Assembly: GCA_965287045.1 (NCBI GenBank)
Contig: OZ336875.1
Location: 37,386,001 to 37,450,000, forward strand
Source: Carcharhinus amblyrhynchos
Lineage: Eukaryota
Length of the DNA: 64,000 bases
Direction of reading: 5' to 3'
The translations under genes were made by a program, and so were the position numbers. Position 1 is the stretch's first letter. Every line of letters starts with the position of its first letter. The notes beneath the pieces are model-generated. The model did not search any database. It had not been told where the DNA came from and was given only the letters and a program-made list of their open reading frames with translations. Positions 50,054-62,250 of this stretch are shown here, one piece after another.

Positions 50054-51814
50054 CAGTGCTTCCCAAACTATTTTCCAATATAACCCCATTTTAACACTTA
50101 AAAGCGAACATGGTTCCAGATGTCAGCAAAAAAACAATGAAGTAACAGTAAAGTAATATTCAGTATATAATTATCAACATTCACATATATAGGTCAACAT
50201 ATATATGTTGTATGGATATGAAAGTCTATGGTTTTAACATATTATGTAAGAAAGTTAACATTTTACACACTCATATATGTTCAGCCAAGCTGTTCATATT
50301 TCCCAGTGGCAGAAGACTCAGTGAAACTCCCCATTCCCACATACACAGAATTAGAGCCTCCCCCCACAACAGACATTGTAATAAGCCCTTATCCCCTCCC
50401 GCATACAGACAGCAATCACCCCATTGACACTATAATTAGCCCCTCTCCCGCAACAGCACTGTATTCAGCCCATCCACCCCCTCCCCACAACCACACACAC
50501 CCCGCACCCCCCTCCCCTGCAACTACACACACAGTAGTAAGACCATTAGACATAGGAGCAGAATTGGGCCACTCGACCTATCAAGTCTGCTCTGCCATTC
50601 AATCATGGCTGATGTTTTCTCATCCGCATTCTCCTGCCTTTTCCCCATAACCCCTGATCCTCTTATTAATCAAGAATCTATCTATCTCTGTCTTACTCAA
50701 TGATCCACAGCCTTTTGTGGCAGAGTTCCACAGATTCACCACTCTCTGGCTGGAGAAATTCCTCCTCAACTCTGTTTTATAGGATCGTCCCTTTAGCCTG
50801 AGGTTGTGCCCTCTGGTTCTAGTTTTTCCTACTAGTGGAAACATCCTCTCCACATCCACTCTATCCAGACCTCGCAGTTTCCTGTAAGTTTCTATAAGAC
50901 TCCTCCTCATCCTTCTAAACTCCAAAGAGTACAGCCCCAGAGTCCTCAACCATTCCTCGTATGACAAGCTCTTCATTCCAGGGACCATTCTTGTGAACCT
51001 CCTCTGGATCCTTTCCAAGGCCAGCACATCCTTCCTTAGATATGGGGCCCAAAACTGCTCACAATACTCCAAATGGGGGCAGAACATTATACAACCTCAG
51101 AAGTACATCCCTGCTCTTGTATTCTAATCAATAATCAGCCCCTTTCCCCCATCAACACTATAGTTAGCCCTTCTCCCCCAACTGCATTGTATTCAGCCCA
51201 TCTCACCCACCAACCACACACAGTAATCAGTCCCTTCCCCATAGACATTGTAACTAATCCATCTCCCCCCATCCCACAGACATTGTAATCAGCCCTTCTC
51301 CTCCCCCCATAATCAGCAACAGCTCGCTTCTCCACCACCACAACTACTCCACACACAGTAATCAGCTTTCCTCCCTCTGCTGCTCACACGCACTAATCAG
51401 CCTCTCTTCTACCACCAACCAATCGCCTCTTCTGGTCAAGTTGCCGGTGCCTGCAAAGCAGATTCACCAGCCCAGGCAGGGTGCACATTAGGTTTGAAGC
51501 TGCCACTCACCTTCCCGGTTTAGCTGCATTACCTCCCAGTTTCAAAAGTAGCTGAGTTACACTTGCCTGCCTCTGCCTGCAACAAGTTGGCACACAAATT
51601 GCTCAGCCCTCACTGCTAAAGATTTTTCTGAAGTTAAAGAATGCTTTGGGCTCAATGTCCACTGCTTGCTATTTGGTGGCAAACAGCCAGTGGATCAAGG
51701 GAAGGGCTGTCCTACCAGACTCTCTACAGTTGACGTTGTTCTCTTGGAAGAGGAGTCATACACACCTCGAGCACTATCTCTGTGACCTCTGTGAACTGAG
51801 TTTGGGAACTCCTG
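50054..51814. mobile_element. Non-autonomous hAT (Charlie-like) element with internal C-rich minisatellite
   Basis: TIRs CAGTGCTTCCCAAACT / AGTTTGGGAACTCCTG; no clear 8-bp TSD. Confidence 0.5.
50538..51126 (-). mobile_element. CR1 3' fragment
   Basis: ORF 50620..51087 (PHLEYCEQFWAPYLRKD...). Confidence 0.93.
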
Positions 51815-53203
51815 CATAAAGGAAACAGGCAATATTCATTGCCAATTCATATTTGTAGAATTGTTACAAATAAACATGGTACACTTTCTGGGGATTTAAT
51901 TTGATCTGAATCTTCATGGTGAACATTTTAAAATAGAATTACAGAAATATACATGACATTTTATAGGAAATGTAAAAAAAATGATTTATTTTGACTGCAA
52001 AAATATTATTTCTCTCTTGAACAGATCAAGTAACAGGCATTTTAATTTAGGTACTTGCAGGAAGTGACAAGATAGCAGTGTATTTTGGTGCTCCAACATT
52101 CTGTAAGAGATAATACCTACTAGGGGTGAACTTTCCTGAAGTAAGCCTGATAGAGTTTCAGTGCAATGTGTCACTACCTGGTAGAGGAAGTATCTGCTTT
52201 CCTGTTGTCAAAATCCCTCTTTAGTTTAGCACTGTTTTCATGAAGAGATGTTTGGCAAAATGTGTTTAAATATGCATGATGTAGAATATAAATCAAGTCA
52301 GCAAACATTATTGTATCAGTTACAAACAACAAAAATAATATACATATTACCTCTCCTCCCAAACCAAAGCACGGTAATACATTTTCCCACAAAACAATTT
52401 TCCTTTAAAAATGCAATGCTTTAAAAAACATATAATTCCTATAAAAATGTACAATCCTGATGAAATGAGAGATGTTTTTATCCGAATTCTGTGTGGCCAT
52501 ATCTGCAATACAAGGAGGTTGGCATTGTCACTATTCCAAATTAGGCTGTTTGGTCTAATTTGACTAGGCCCTCAGGATATCTTTTATATGCCCAGGGAAT
52601 CAGCATTGGAAGATGATTGGCTGCACATCAGGATAATGTGCCAATCAACTGCTCTGAAAAACATATTACTAACTCTAAATGGGTTGAGAGCAAAATGCAT
52701 TTTAAGATGCGTTTAATCATGGTCCTGGAGAAGCTCCTTTCACTAATGTGCCTTAGAGGTCCTTTTGCAGGGAGCTGTGGAGGAGATGCATGATTATCAT
52801 TCATGCAAGAGGTCAAGCAGTTCTTTAAGCAAAGTACCAAATTGTCTGTGGGAGAAGTGAACACCATCTTCTAGGTCTGGGAACAAATGAAGAAGAAGTT
52901 CGGTGGCATCAAAAGGAATCTCAAGTAACTGCGGCATACATTAATACTATCCCTTCATGCAAGGAGTAACCCCATTACCGGCAATCTTAGGGAATTCCAA
53001 AAACCAAAAATTGCTGGAAAAACTCTGAGTCATACAAATTCAAAACATTAACTTTCTTTCTCCACAAATACTGCTAGATCTGCTGAGTTTTCCCATTGTT
53101 TTCTGTTTTCTTAATTTCAGATTCTAGCATCCACAATATTTTGCTGCTATTATCCTGCGTAGCTAGAATGGAACATTATCCTTCTTAGGTTTAACACTTT
53201 AAG

Positions 53204-53395
53204 AATCATAGAAACCCTACAGTGCAGAAAGAGGCCAATTGGCCCATCGAGTCTGCACCAATCACAATCCCACCCAGGCCTTACCCACATATCCCTACAT
53301 ATTTACCCACTAATCCCTCTAACCTATTCATCTCAAGACACTAAGGGACAATTTTAGCACGGCCAATCAACCTAACTCGCACATCTTTGGACTGC
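53204..53395 (-). mobile_element. HE1-like SINE 3' half
   Basis: aatcatagaaaccctacagtgcagaaagaggcc...ccaatcaacctaac. Confidence 0.85.
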
Positions 53396-55944
53396 TTCAT
53401 ATATTACTGATAAGGACCAATGCACAACCACATTAATAGGAGGTGCCCATCATTGAAAGCACTTGTCAATAACTACATTTTGCTTAATTCTGCATTCCAA
53501 CAGCTGTGCCTCTCCCTGTGGGACTGCAGATCCCTGATCCCTGCTGAAAGAGCTCATGTCATTCTGATGGATACACACACAGAGATGATCATGCTCACCT
53601 CAGCTGAACTGTACAGCAGCACCATGCCTGAGCAACATAAATGTTACTGGAACACATTACTTGTCAAATAAAAATAGAAAAATACTCCAAACTCGAAATA
53701 GCAATAACACAAATAAGGGTGAACATTTGATTTTATTTCAAAAGATTAAACAAATTGACAGCTTAAGCCATATCATTGCAGAATAGCTTCTGAAAAGAAA
53801 GCAAATCTGAAAATAATACGAAAAGCTGGGATATATTTTTACCTGTACTTTTAAACTGGAACACTTAAGAATACCATGTAAGTATGATTGATTGACAGGA
53901 TGGTTTCTTCTGCATCTGAGCTGCTAGCACATATAGGACCTCACCATTGAGCAGAATTTTTGTACTGGAGATAAACAAACAGAGAAGTCAAGAGTTGCTT
54001 GTGCATTAGTTCATGATTCAAATAAATAGAAATATGGATTATTTTGTTACAGTAATGTTTCTGATCAGGTGAAATAAACTGTGTTGCAGCGGGAGACGGA
54101 ACTGTCAATCACAGAAGTGTTAGCTGTGATGGAAAAACCTGAGGCAAGTTGCAAACCACTTTAAGCAAATAACATACTTAATTTCAGAAGGTGAGGAACA
54201 TTGAAATTGAAAGAAAAAGTATGTGCTAAAATTAATACAGAAAATCCTTGAAATGCACAGCAGGTCTGTCAATATCTATGAGGAAAAGAAATTAGATTAA
54301 CTTTTCATATATGGACTTTTCTCAGAAATTCAAATAAATGGAAAGAAATTCTTTACTTAATGATATTTACAGAGGTTGAGAAAATGCCTTTAAAAATGAG
54401 GGCATAAAAGGGGACACATTGCATTTTGAAAAAATGTATTTTCCTAGGGTCATATTTCATGGTGTTTTGCAGTCCTTTCTTTACCCCATCTCCCAACCAA
54501 TGTTCTTTACAGCCATGCAATTTGTACAACCCAAATCTATCACTGTGAGAAATTTAATTATAAGTGGTCCCACAAAAGAATAGTCGCCAGTATCAGAGAA
54601 AAAAAATCATGTTTAGTACAATCCCAGCATAGACATATTGCTATGAAGCAGCATCTTCATGTTTAAACATTTCATTTTAGTTGTCATTCTAATAGCTTGA
54701 GGAGACCAACATTTATAGCTGGAGAGGAAGCATTTTAACCTTGCAACAAATTAATGTGGCAGTAAATTGGATAGCTTGACATTTTAATTTCCATTATTCA
54801 GTTTACATTAGTCATGCTGTGTCTTGTGGGATGACCAATTGATACAGATAGTTGCAGGGGAAGGGACACAAGATCTGCAATTTACAGAAGCCTTTGTGCA
54901 AAAGAAAATGGTAGATTTACGTCTGGTTGAATCAATATAGGAAAGAACATTGTGTACTACTGGAAGAATAAAAACAGGTTGGAAACTGTCCTATTTTTTA
55001 TTTGTATTATCATACCTACATTACCTACTTCTTAAATGTTACTAAAACACCCAATACTTGACTATTGGTTACTTGAATCTATTTTTTGATCAACAAATTC
55101 AGGAACCAATGCTTACTAAGATATCCACCACAATAAATATTGATGCCCAGACCTCGATTACACTGGATTACGGGTCCTGCTTTTCTTTAATATTTTCAAA
55201 TGCATAATCTCTGGGATAATTGAATTACAATCTTAAAGCCAGATTAATGAGCAAGTTGCACTTGCAAGAATTCCACTATTTATTTTCCTCATAACTTTTG
55301 TTATTCATTTTGAAACTTCTACAAATATGCATACTAAAACAAAGCAAGAACAAAACTATTTGGTCATTTTTTTTGAAGATCATTAGATATGCTGGAAAAT
55401 GCACACCCATCATAATTGTTGTTCCAAAAGGAATTCCTCCCTTCTATTCTGATCAAATAATACAAATTTATAATCAGAAACAGATTGGTAGCAAAGTCGA
55501 AAATGTTGGATTTTCAAGCTGTTTGTCCCCTTCATGTCCTAAGTGCAGAAGAGAATATAATGGTTAAATTATTTTTCAATGAAGTTTTAATAGCAAGAGT
55601 GCTGTTTTCAGTTTTCAGGCCAAGGAACCTTGCAGGAAATATGTCATCCATAAACATGCATTAAACTAACATTAAAAATTTCCAGTAAGAACTTTTTCAA
55701 TGCTTAATGCATGTTTAAATGCATGTTAACTCCCATTCGCGATTTTAAGGAGAATGTTTCCATTGCAAAAGAAGGGGGAAAAACACATTGGGATAGATTT
55801 TGAAATCGTGCAATAGAATGGAACAATGAAATTAAAAATCAGGGGAGAGGTAAATGGGCTGTTGACTTACAATCATTTATTCCACACAATCACACAAAGT
55901 TAAAATGATCCCATTGCGTGCCCGCAACAACACTATGTGAATAG

Positions 55945-56415
55945 CATAGAATCGTAGAATGGTTACAGCACCGAAAGCCCATTCAGCCTGTTTTTTCTGT
56001 GCCAGCTCACTGGGCAACTCACCTAGTGCCATGCTCCTGCCATTTTCCCTTAACCCTGCAAATATTTCCTCTTATCTTAAACTGGTGACCTCTGGTTTTT
56101 GATTCTTTCTCAAAGAGGAACAGTTTTCTCTATCGAATATGTCCAGACCCCTCATGACCTTTGAGAACCCCTATCAAATCTCCTCTTAACACACCTTCGC
56201 CAATCTTTCTATATAGTTGAAGGTTCTCACCCCTGAAATGATTCTTGTGGTTCTTTCCTGCACCTTCTCCAATGTCTTCACATCCTTCTTAAAATGTGGC
56301 GTCTAGAACATGATAATAATGCTCCATTTGAGGCTGAACGAATGTTTCATACGTGTTTATAATAACTTCCTTGCTTTTGTACTCCATGCCCCTATTTATA
56401 AAACCCAGGATCTGA
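55945..56415 (-). mobile_element. Old CR1 3' fragment
   Basis: catagaatcgtagaatggttacagc tail; decayed RT C-terminus. Confidence 0.7.
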
Positions 56416-56987
56416 CATTCTTAGAATCATAAAATCTTTATAATGCAAAAGGTGGCCATTCAGTCCATCAAGTCTGCACCAACTCTTAGAAAGAGCATCT
56501 TATCCAGGCCCACCCATCATCTATCCTAGTAACCACATGTGTTTGCCTTAGCAGTCCCCCAAACCTACACACCTTTGGACACTGAGTGCTGGGTGAACTT
56601 CAAACTGGGAGTGTTTCAGTTCCAACTTTTAAACCTGTTCTGAGGTGCCCCCATACACACTCTGCCTGCAAAAACATTAGTGATTCCGAATCGCGCTGCA
56701 CAAGCCTGTGGGTGGGGCTTAACACACCTGAACTCCTGCAGCTGCAATCAGCGCCTACAACTGCACATACACAGAAAAAAAAGATAGAATGCTGCTCCCT
56801 TGCCACAACCCTTCCGGGCCAGATTATGCCTCTCCTGGCCCTCACAGACATTGCCCCACCCCCACAACATTACTGATTCCCTTTTCCCCTCAGCCTCCCT
56901 ACCACTACACTGATTGAGGGCCCCTCCCCCCTACCGATCTCAGGCAGAGTGGCAGCAGATCCCCTTCCCCTCACTGATGTGAGGGAG

Positions 56988-57577
56988 AGTAAGAAGTCTG
57001 ACAACACCAGGTTTATGTCCAACCGAGTTATTTGATAGTAAACTCACAAGCATTCGAGGTTAAACTCTTCGTCAGGTGAATGGAGAGTTCTGGCCTCAGA
57101 CAGAGCATATAAAGCATTGACAGTTTACAGATTACTGATTAGAATGCAAATCTTTAAACCTAACCTGCTATTCAAGTCTTAAAGTGGCCGACAATGTGAG
57201 TGGAAGGAGCATGGGTCCATGTGACACTATCTGTAACCCCCGTGACTTGACTGGGTTTGCAAAACCTCACTTACTGTACTGTCTGGAGACAATACACATC
57301 TCTTTAACCTGTGACCAATGCTCCTTCCACTCACATTGTCGGCCACTTTAAGACTTGAACAGCAGGTTAGGTGTAAAGATTCGCATTCTAATCAGTAATC
57401 TCTAAACTGTCTGTGCTTTACATGCTCTGTCTGAGGCCAGAACTCTCCATTCACCTGACGAAGAGTTTAACCTCGAAAGCTTGTGAGTTTACTATCAAAT
57501 AAATCGGTTGGACTTAAATCTGGTGTTGTCAGACTTCTTACTGTGTGTTTACCCCAGTCCAACGCCGGCGTCTCCAC
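56988..57577 (+). mobile_element. Penelope-like element pLTR with 230-bp inverted duplication
   Basis: Arms 56988-57217 and 57313-57542 are near-perfect reverse complements; 35-nt 3' tail to 57577 shared with 58615-58644 and 33767-33797. Confidence 0.88.
57449..57488 (+). ncRNA. Minimal type I hammerhead ribozyme motif (PLE-associated)
   Basis: Stem I AUUCAC/GUGAGU, CUGACGA 57455-57461, stem II GAG/CUC, GAAA 57475-57478, palindromic AAGCUU, predicted CUU cleavage triplet. Confidence 0.7.
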
Positions 57578-58515
57578 GTCAGGCAGAGTGGCAGCAGACC
57601 CCTCCTTCCCTTCCACTGATCTCAGGCAGATGGTAGCAGACCCTCCTTTCCCTCACTCCCACAGATCTCAAGCAGAGTGGCAGCGGTCCCACCTCTCCCC
57701 CCACCCCTGCCACCCACCCCACCGATCTCAAGCAGAGAGCTGTCAGATGCTAGGCACCTACCTCCTCACTAACTGAAGCCAGAATTGGACTTCCATGGAG
57801 CGTGTTTGTTTCGTGCCGATTCTGGATGGGTGAACGCAGTGGTAAAGGGGGACATGCCGGTAAAGATGGGCGTGCAGCACATTAAGTCAGTTTAAATGCG
57901 TGCAAATGCATTTAAATGGCTGTTGTGCCCATTTTGGGTGCAGTCTCAATCGCAGCCATTTTTGGGCCTTGGTAAAGGGGGCACCGACACAGATCACGCT
58001 CCTTACCTCATGCTTGACTTTACCAAGTTTTCGCATCTGAAAATGGGTACAACTTGATGTTAAAATCATGCCCTAAGGGTCACTTTACCAATCCACCTAA
58101 CCTGCACATTTTGGACTATGGGAAGAAGCTGCAGCACCTGGAGGAAACCCACACAGACACAGCGACAATGTGCAAAGTCCACACAGTCACCCAAGGCTGG
58201 AATGAAACCTCGGTCCCAGGCACTGTGAGGCAGCTGTGCTAACCAGTATGCCACTGTGCCACCTTCTTTGTTAATTGTGCTTCATCTGCCCCTGCCATCT
58301 TCAATGCTTCCTACACATATACCCCCAGGGTCCCTTTGTTCCTACACTGTCCTGCACAAAACACCCTGGAAAATTCAATTAAGGAAGCAAACAATCAGGG
58401 AAAAGTTACACTCAAAAATGGAACTGACAGAATCACAAGTGGACCAATCAGCACCAAGTGGGGGAATGAACAGCTTGTGATTGAAGTAGCAACAAACAAT
58501 GAGAAGGTGAGTGAC

Positions 58516-58644
58516 CACAGTAAAAAGTCTGACAACACCAGGTTTTAGTCCAACCGATTTATTTGATAGTAAACGGTTGGACTAAAACCTGGTGTTGTCA
58601 GACTTTTTACTGTGTTTACTCCAGTCCAACGCCGGCATATCCAC
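58516..58644 (+). mobile_element. 129-bp PLE-derived hairpin insertion with 12-bp TSD
   Basis: Perfect 41-bp arms 58516-58556 / 58574-58614; TSD AAGGTGAGTGAC 58504-58515 / 58645-58656. Confidence 0.88.
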
Positions 58645-60299
58645 AAGGTGAGTGACGGCAGTGAGCAAGAGGCTGGGGAAGTGGGGGTGGGGGACGATGT
58701 CTGGAAAGTAGAATGTTGAAGCTGGGGTGGAGGTGAGTCTGCCAAGGTGGGGGTGGATTCATGGGGAAGTGGGGAGGAAGTGAGGCTGCAGAACTCATGG
58801 GGCAACAAAAAGTTGAAAACAGGGAGGGAGGCTGCAAAGAGAAGAGGGAAGCTGCAAAGAAGAGAAAGGATGTGAAGGAGAGAGAACAGTTTTAAACCTA
58901 TCAACAAAAGAATAATCAACTACCCAGGAGCCAGGAACACTTAACGTTTATATGTTCAGGAGCTACTCTATAGAGGAAATTGCAGTGGATGCTGTTCTGA
59001 TGAGCGCTGTGTTAACAGAATAATTTAATATTGAACAATCTTATTTCATAAGATTTGCATTTACATGTATTCACATTTCAGAGCGTTTCACATACTTTGA
59101 AATTGCTCAAATTTCATTGACTATGTTAGAGACAAACATGAAACCATTTTGCACACACTATGATCACAAACTGTAATAAATAAATTGCATTATTAGAGCG
59201 TTTTTAATGACCTTAGGACATCCCAAAATGCTTTACAATCAATTAAGTACGTTGGAACTGCAGTCTGTGTTGTAATGAAGAGACTGTAATGAGGTAAATG
59301 GCCAATTAATTTAGGGGATTCTCGGATTAGGAAGTACAATCTAAATAATAGAACCAGATCTTTCAGGGGTGAAATTAAGAAACACTTCTACACACAAAAT
59401 GTGGTGCAAGTTTGGAACTTTTTTCCTTAAGCAACAATTAATGTTAGATCAATATAAATACTGGATTAATTGTTAAATTATATCTGGGATGGAAACCTGA
59501 AATGCAGAGAAAAGAGCAGTAATTGCCGTCCAGCTTTGTGCATGTGTGATGAAAATATATTAACTATGACCTCATTTTTCTGTGGAAGGCATGTTTAGAG
59601 GCTAGGTTTTTGTGTGAAGATGTGTGCGTCAGCTACTTTGAAAACTGTTGCATATGTTGCAAATTTATGTCTGTTGTCTTGTGCCAATTTAAGTACTACG
59701 GTTTCTCAGAAATTAATGCTTTCCTTGTGTGTTCTGGCGTTAAGTTTAGTGGAGGGGTGATGATTATTGAGGATATTTAATTCTTAGTTTTTCACATATT
59801 GAAACATTTTTAAACCATGTTAGAAGAGTAAATTGACTGAATTGTGATCTAACCAAACATATTTTCCCTTTAGTTTTTCCATCCTTCACAATACTCTCAA
59901 CTCCTTTGATTTTCTTTCTGATTTGCAGTGTTGTACCTGTTTCTGTCTTTTCATTGCAGTCAGCCTTGTGGGCTACTTACTCACTCCATGACAGAATGAA
60001 GAAAATGTGAGAGAAAGTTCACAAGGGTTTATAATACCACCTGCTGGTAAAAGCAAGGATAGCACATTTTAGACCAGCATCTTACATTATGAGTGAACCA
60101 GGAATTTTGGGACAAAACTACTAAAAATCAATAAATATTATCAATAATGATTGTCATTGAAATGTAGTCACTTTGAATTCCAAAATGCAATGCAATCTTT
60201 TGTGATATAAAAACAGGAAATGCTGAGGGGGAAATCATATTTCTATGCTGTAAACCTCTATGACTCTATCAAATCTAGTAGCCCCTGCGAAGAGAGAAA

Positions 60300-61950
60300 C
60301 AGAGTTAATGGACTGGATTTTAAAATCTCAGGGGTCGGAAGGTTGTGTGTGTGTGTGGTGGGTGGAACAGGGAGACGGTGCTTAATCTCATGAGGAGCCT
60401 CCCTCGTGCATTCGTCATGGTTATCAGGCCACAGTTCTGGCTGCTGCTTCTTCTGTGGGGGAGGTACTTTGCACCTCCACGGATCATGGTTAGGCAGCTT
60501 AGGCCTGAAAGGGCCCAGGAAGCTCTGGAGGTTGCCAATATGAACGTGATGACACCATGGAGGAGGCATGATATTGGATACAAATGCCCGTGACACTTTA
60601 ATTGCTGACAGGTTCCAGGAAGAGTGAGGTTGAAGGAGGCATATGGCTACATCTAGCCCTCAATGTCATTTCTTTTAGTCCTCAATGCCATTTCCTCTTC
60701 GGGAATGTGCAACCAGTCACAACGAAAACAAATCCTGCATTCACACTTACACATTCTAGCCTCATGAATCACCAGGCCATGATCTATGCTTCAGTCCATG
60801 ATGCCCTATGAATACACTCACTCTGGGAACTGAGAGTCCATTGAGGAACGGGAATGATGTGAGAGAAAATTTGAAACATACAGCATCAGATAATGATGCA
60901 AACATTGCAATCATTGCAATAAGGATGTGGCCAGGGATCTCCTTATCCTGTGCAGTACCACTGAAGAGAAACAAATACTACTAGTCAATGCAGATGAACC
61001 GCTCTCACTCAATGGTGTTCCTTGAGAGAGAAGGGTTAGAAATATTTACACAACTCATTTCAAATAATGATTTAAACATATCTCCCTGTCATCACACAAT
61101 GGTATGGAGGTTAGTTTTTTGTTATTCTTTCATGGGATGTGGGCATCCCTGGCTGGGCCAGCATTTATTGCTCATCCCTGAGGGCATTTAAGGGTCTGCC
61201 ACATTGACTCAAGTTTAAGTGAGGCTGACATCACATGAATGCTAATCTCACAATGGGACGCTATCAGTTTAAACCTCCACATAAAGAGAATTTCAATGCA
61301 CAAAGTCACAATGCCTTCAATTGGCCAAGACATTCACATAACCATGAAATATATTTGCAAGTTATTTACAGTAGTTGAACATCTGTGGCCCAAAGTTTTC
61401 TTAACCCTACCATGACACCTGGGTGCAGTTCAGATCCACAGCAGAGTTGGAGGCAGCCTGCTGACTGCTACATCCCAGGTTCCAGATCACGTCTGAAGAG
61501 AAAGCACATGAAGAAGTGTCATAGCACTCACCTCCACTAGCGCAGAGATGCACATCTCAGTGGGGCACAGCTCTAGATTAGACTCGGAGTCACTTCCTGG
61601 AAAACACCTCACTGAAATGCTCCCACAGCAGTGAGAGGCAGAGGCAGACCAGGTCTCCAGCACTCAAAGGGCTGCTGGAGAACAGCCACATGCTCAGTCT
61701 GAGTCAGACTCAGAGTTCACTCTGGAAGTGATCGCAAACTCCTTGCTGGAAATACGACCAGCAGCAGAATATCAAGCAGAGATTTGGCAGTCACTCAGCA
61801 GACCTGACCAAAAGAGAGAGGAGTTTGTCTGCATTCTGTCCAAGGTCGTGGCTCTGGCCTGTGAGCATTTTGACTTGAAGTCACCATGGGGAGTTTGATC
61901 CAGCAGGTCTTGCCGGATTTGCACTTGGTCCTGCACTCCACAGCCACACA
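60300..61950 (+). mobile_element. Degenerate PIF/Harbinger relic
   Basis: NARDTLIADRFQ at ~60583-60618 resembles HARBI1-like transposase C-termini; no intact ORF. Confidence 0.35.
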
Positions 61951-61994
61951 GCTTGGTAAGCAGCATTAAGCTGGAAGTGATGGGGAGCAAAAAA

Positions 61995-62250
61995 AAACTC
62001 AATCCATTGTACAATTGTAAGGACTGAAGCTCCTGCATTTCTGACTTCTGATTTCCCTTACCTGCTTCATCAGTCTCATTCGCCTGTCCCTGACCACTGA
62101 CCAAGTACAAAGACCCTGTTCTAAAGAGGTGTGGCTGCCTCGTGGTACAAAGAATCCAAGTAACTTTTCCCCTCCCTGATGCGTCACTGTGCCTGTAATT
62201 CAATCTCCAGCTCATAAACTCTGAGCCAAATCTCCTTGAACTTCAAATAT
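61995..62250 (-). mobile_element. Old CR1 ORF1 remnant (target of the young CR1)
   Basis: LRVYELEIELQ...IREGEK-like coiled-coil segment typical of CR1 ORF1. Confidence 0.55.

Larger units (their letters stand above)
56586..58071. mobile_element. Harbinger-like non-autonomous element with GATCTCAGGCAGAGTGGCAGC subrepeats
   Basis: Right terminus ...AAAATCATGCCC followed by TAA; internal ~35-nt degenerate tandem units at 56935-56990 and 57578-57740. Confidence 0.55.
56422..58263 (-). mobile_element. HE1-like SINE split into 56422-56586 and 58072-58263 by a DNA transposon
   Basis: ...ctttggacactga | taagggtcactttaccaatccacctaacctgcaca rejoins as one SINE. Confidence 0.8.

Noticed and set aside
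50195-50210. 16-bp perfect palindrome CAACATATATATGTTG
   Set aside because: Built on an (AT)n core and expected by chance.
56935-57740. Spaced GATCTCAGGCAGAGTGGCAGC units that look superficially CRISPR-like
   Set aside because: Eukaryotic context, degenerate units, C-rich non-unique spacers and no cas genes; these are transposon subrepeats.
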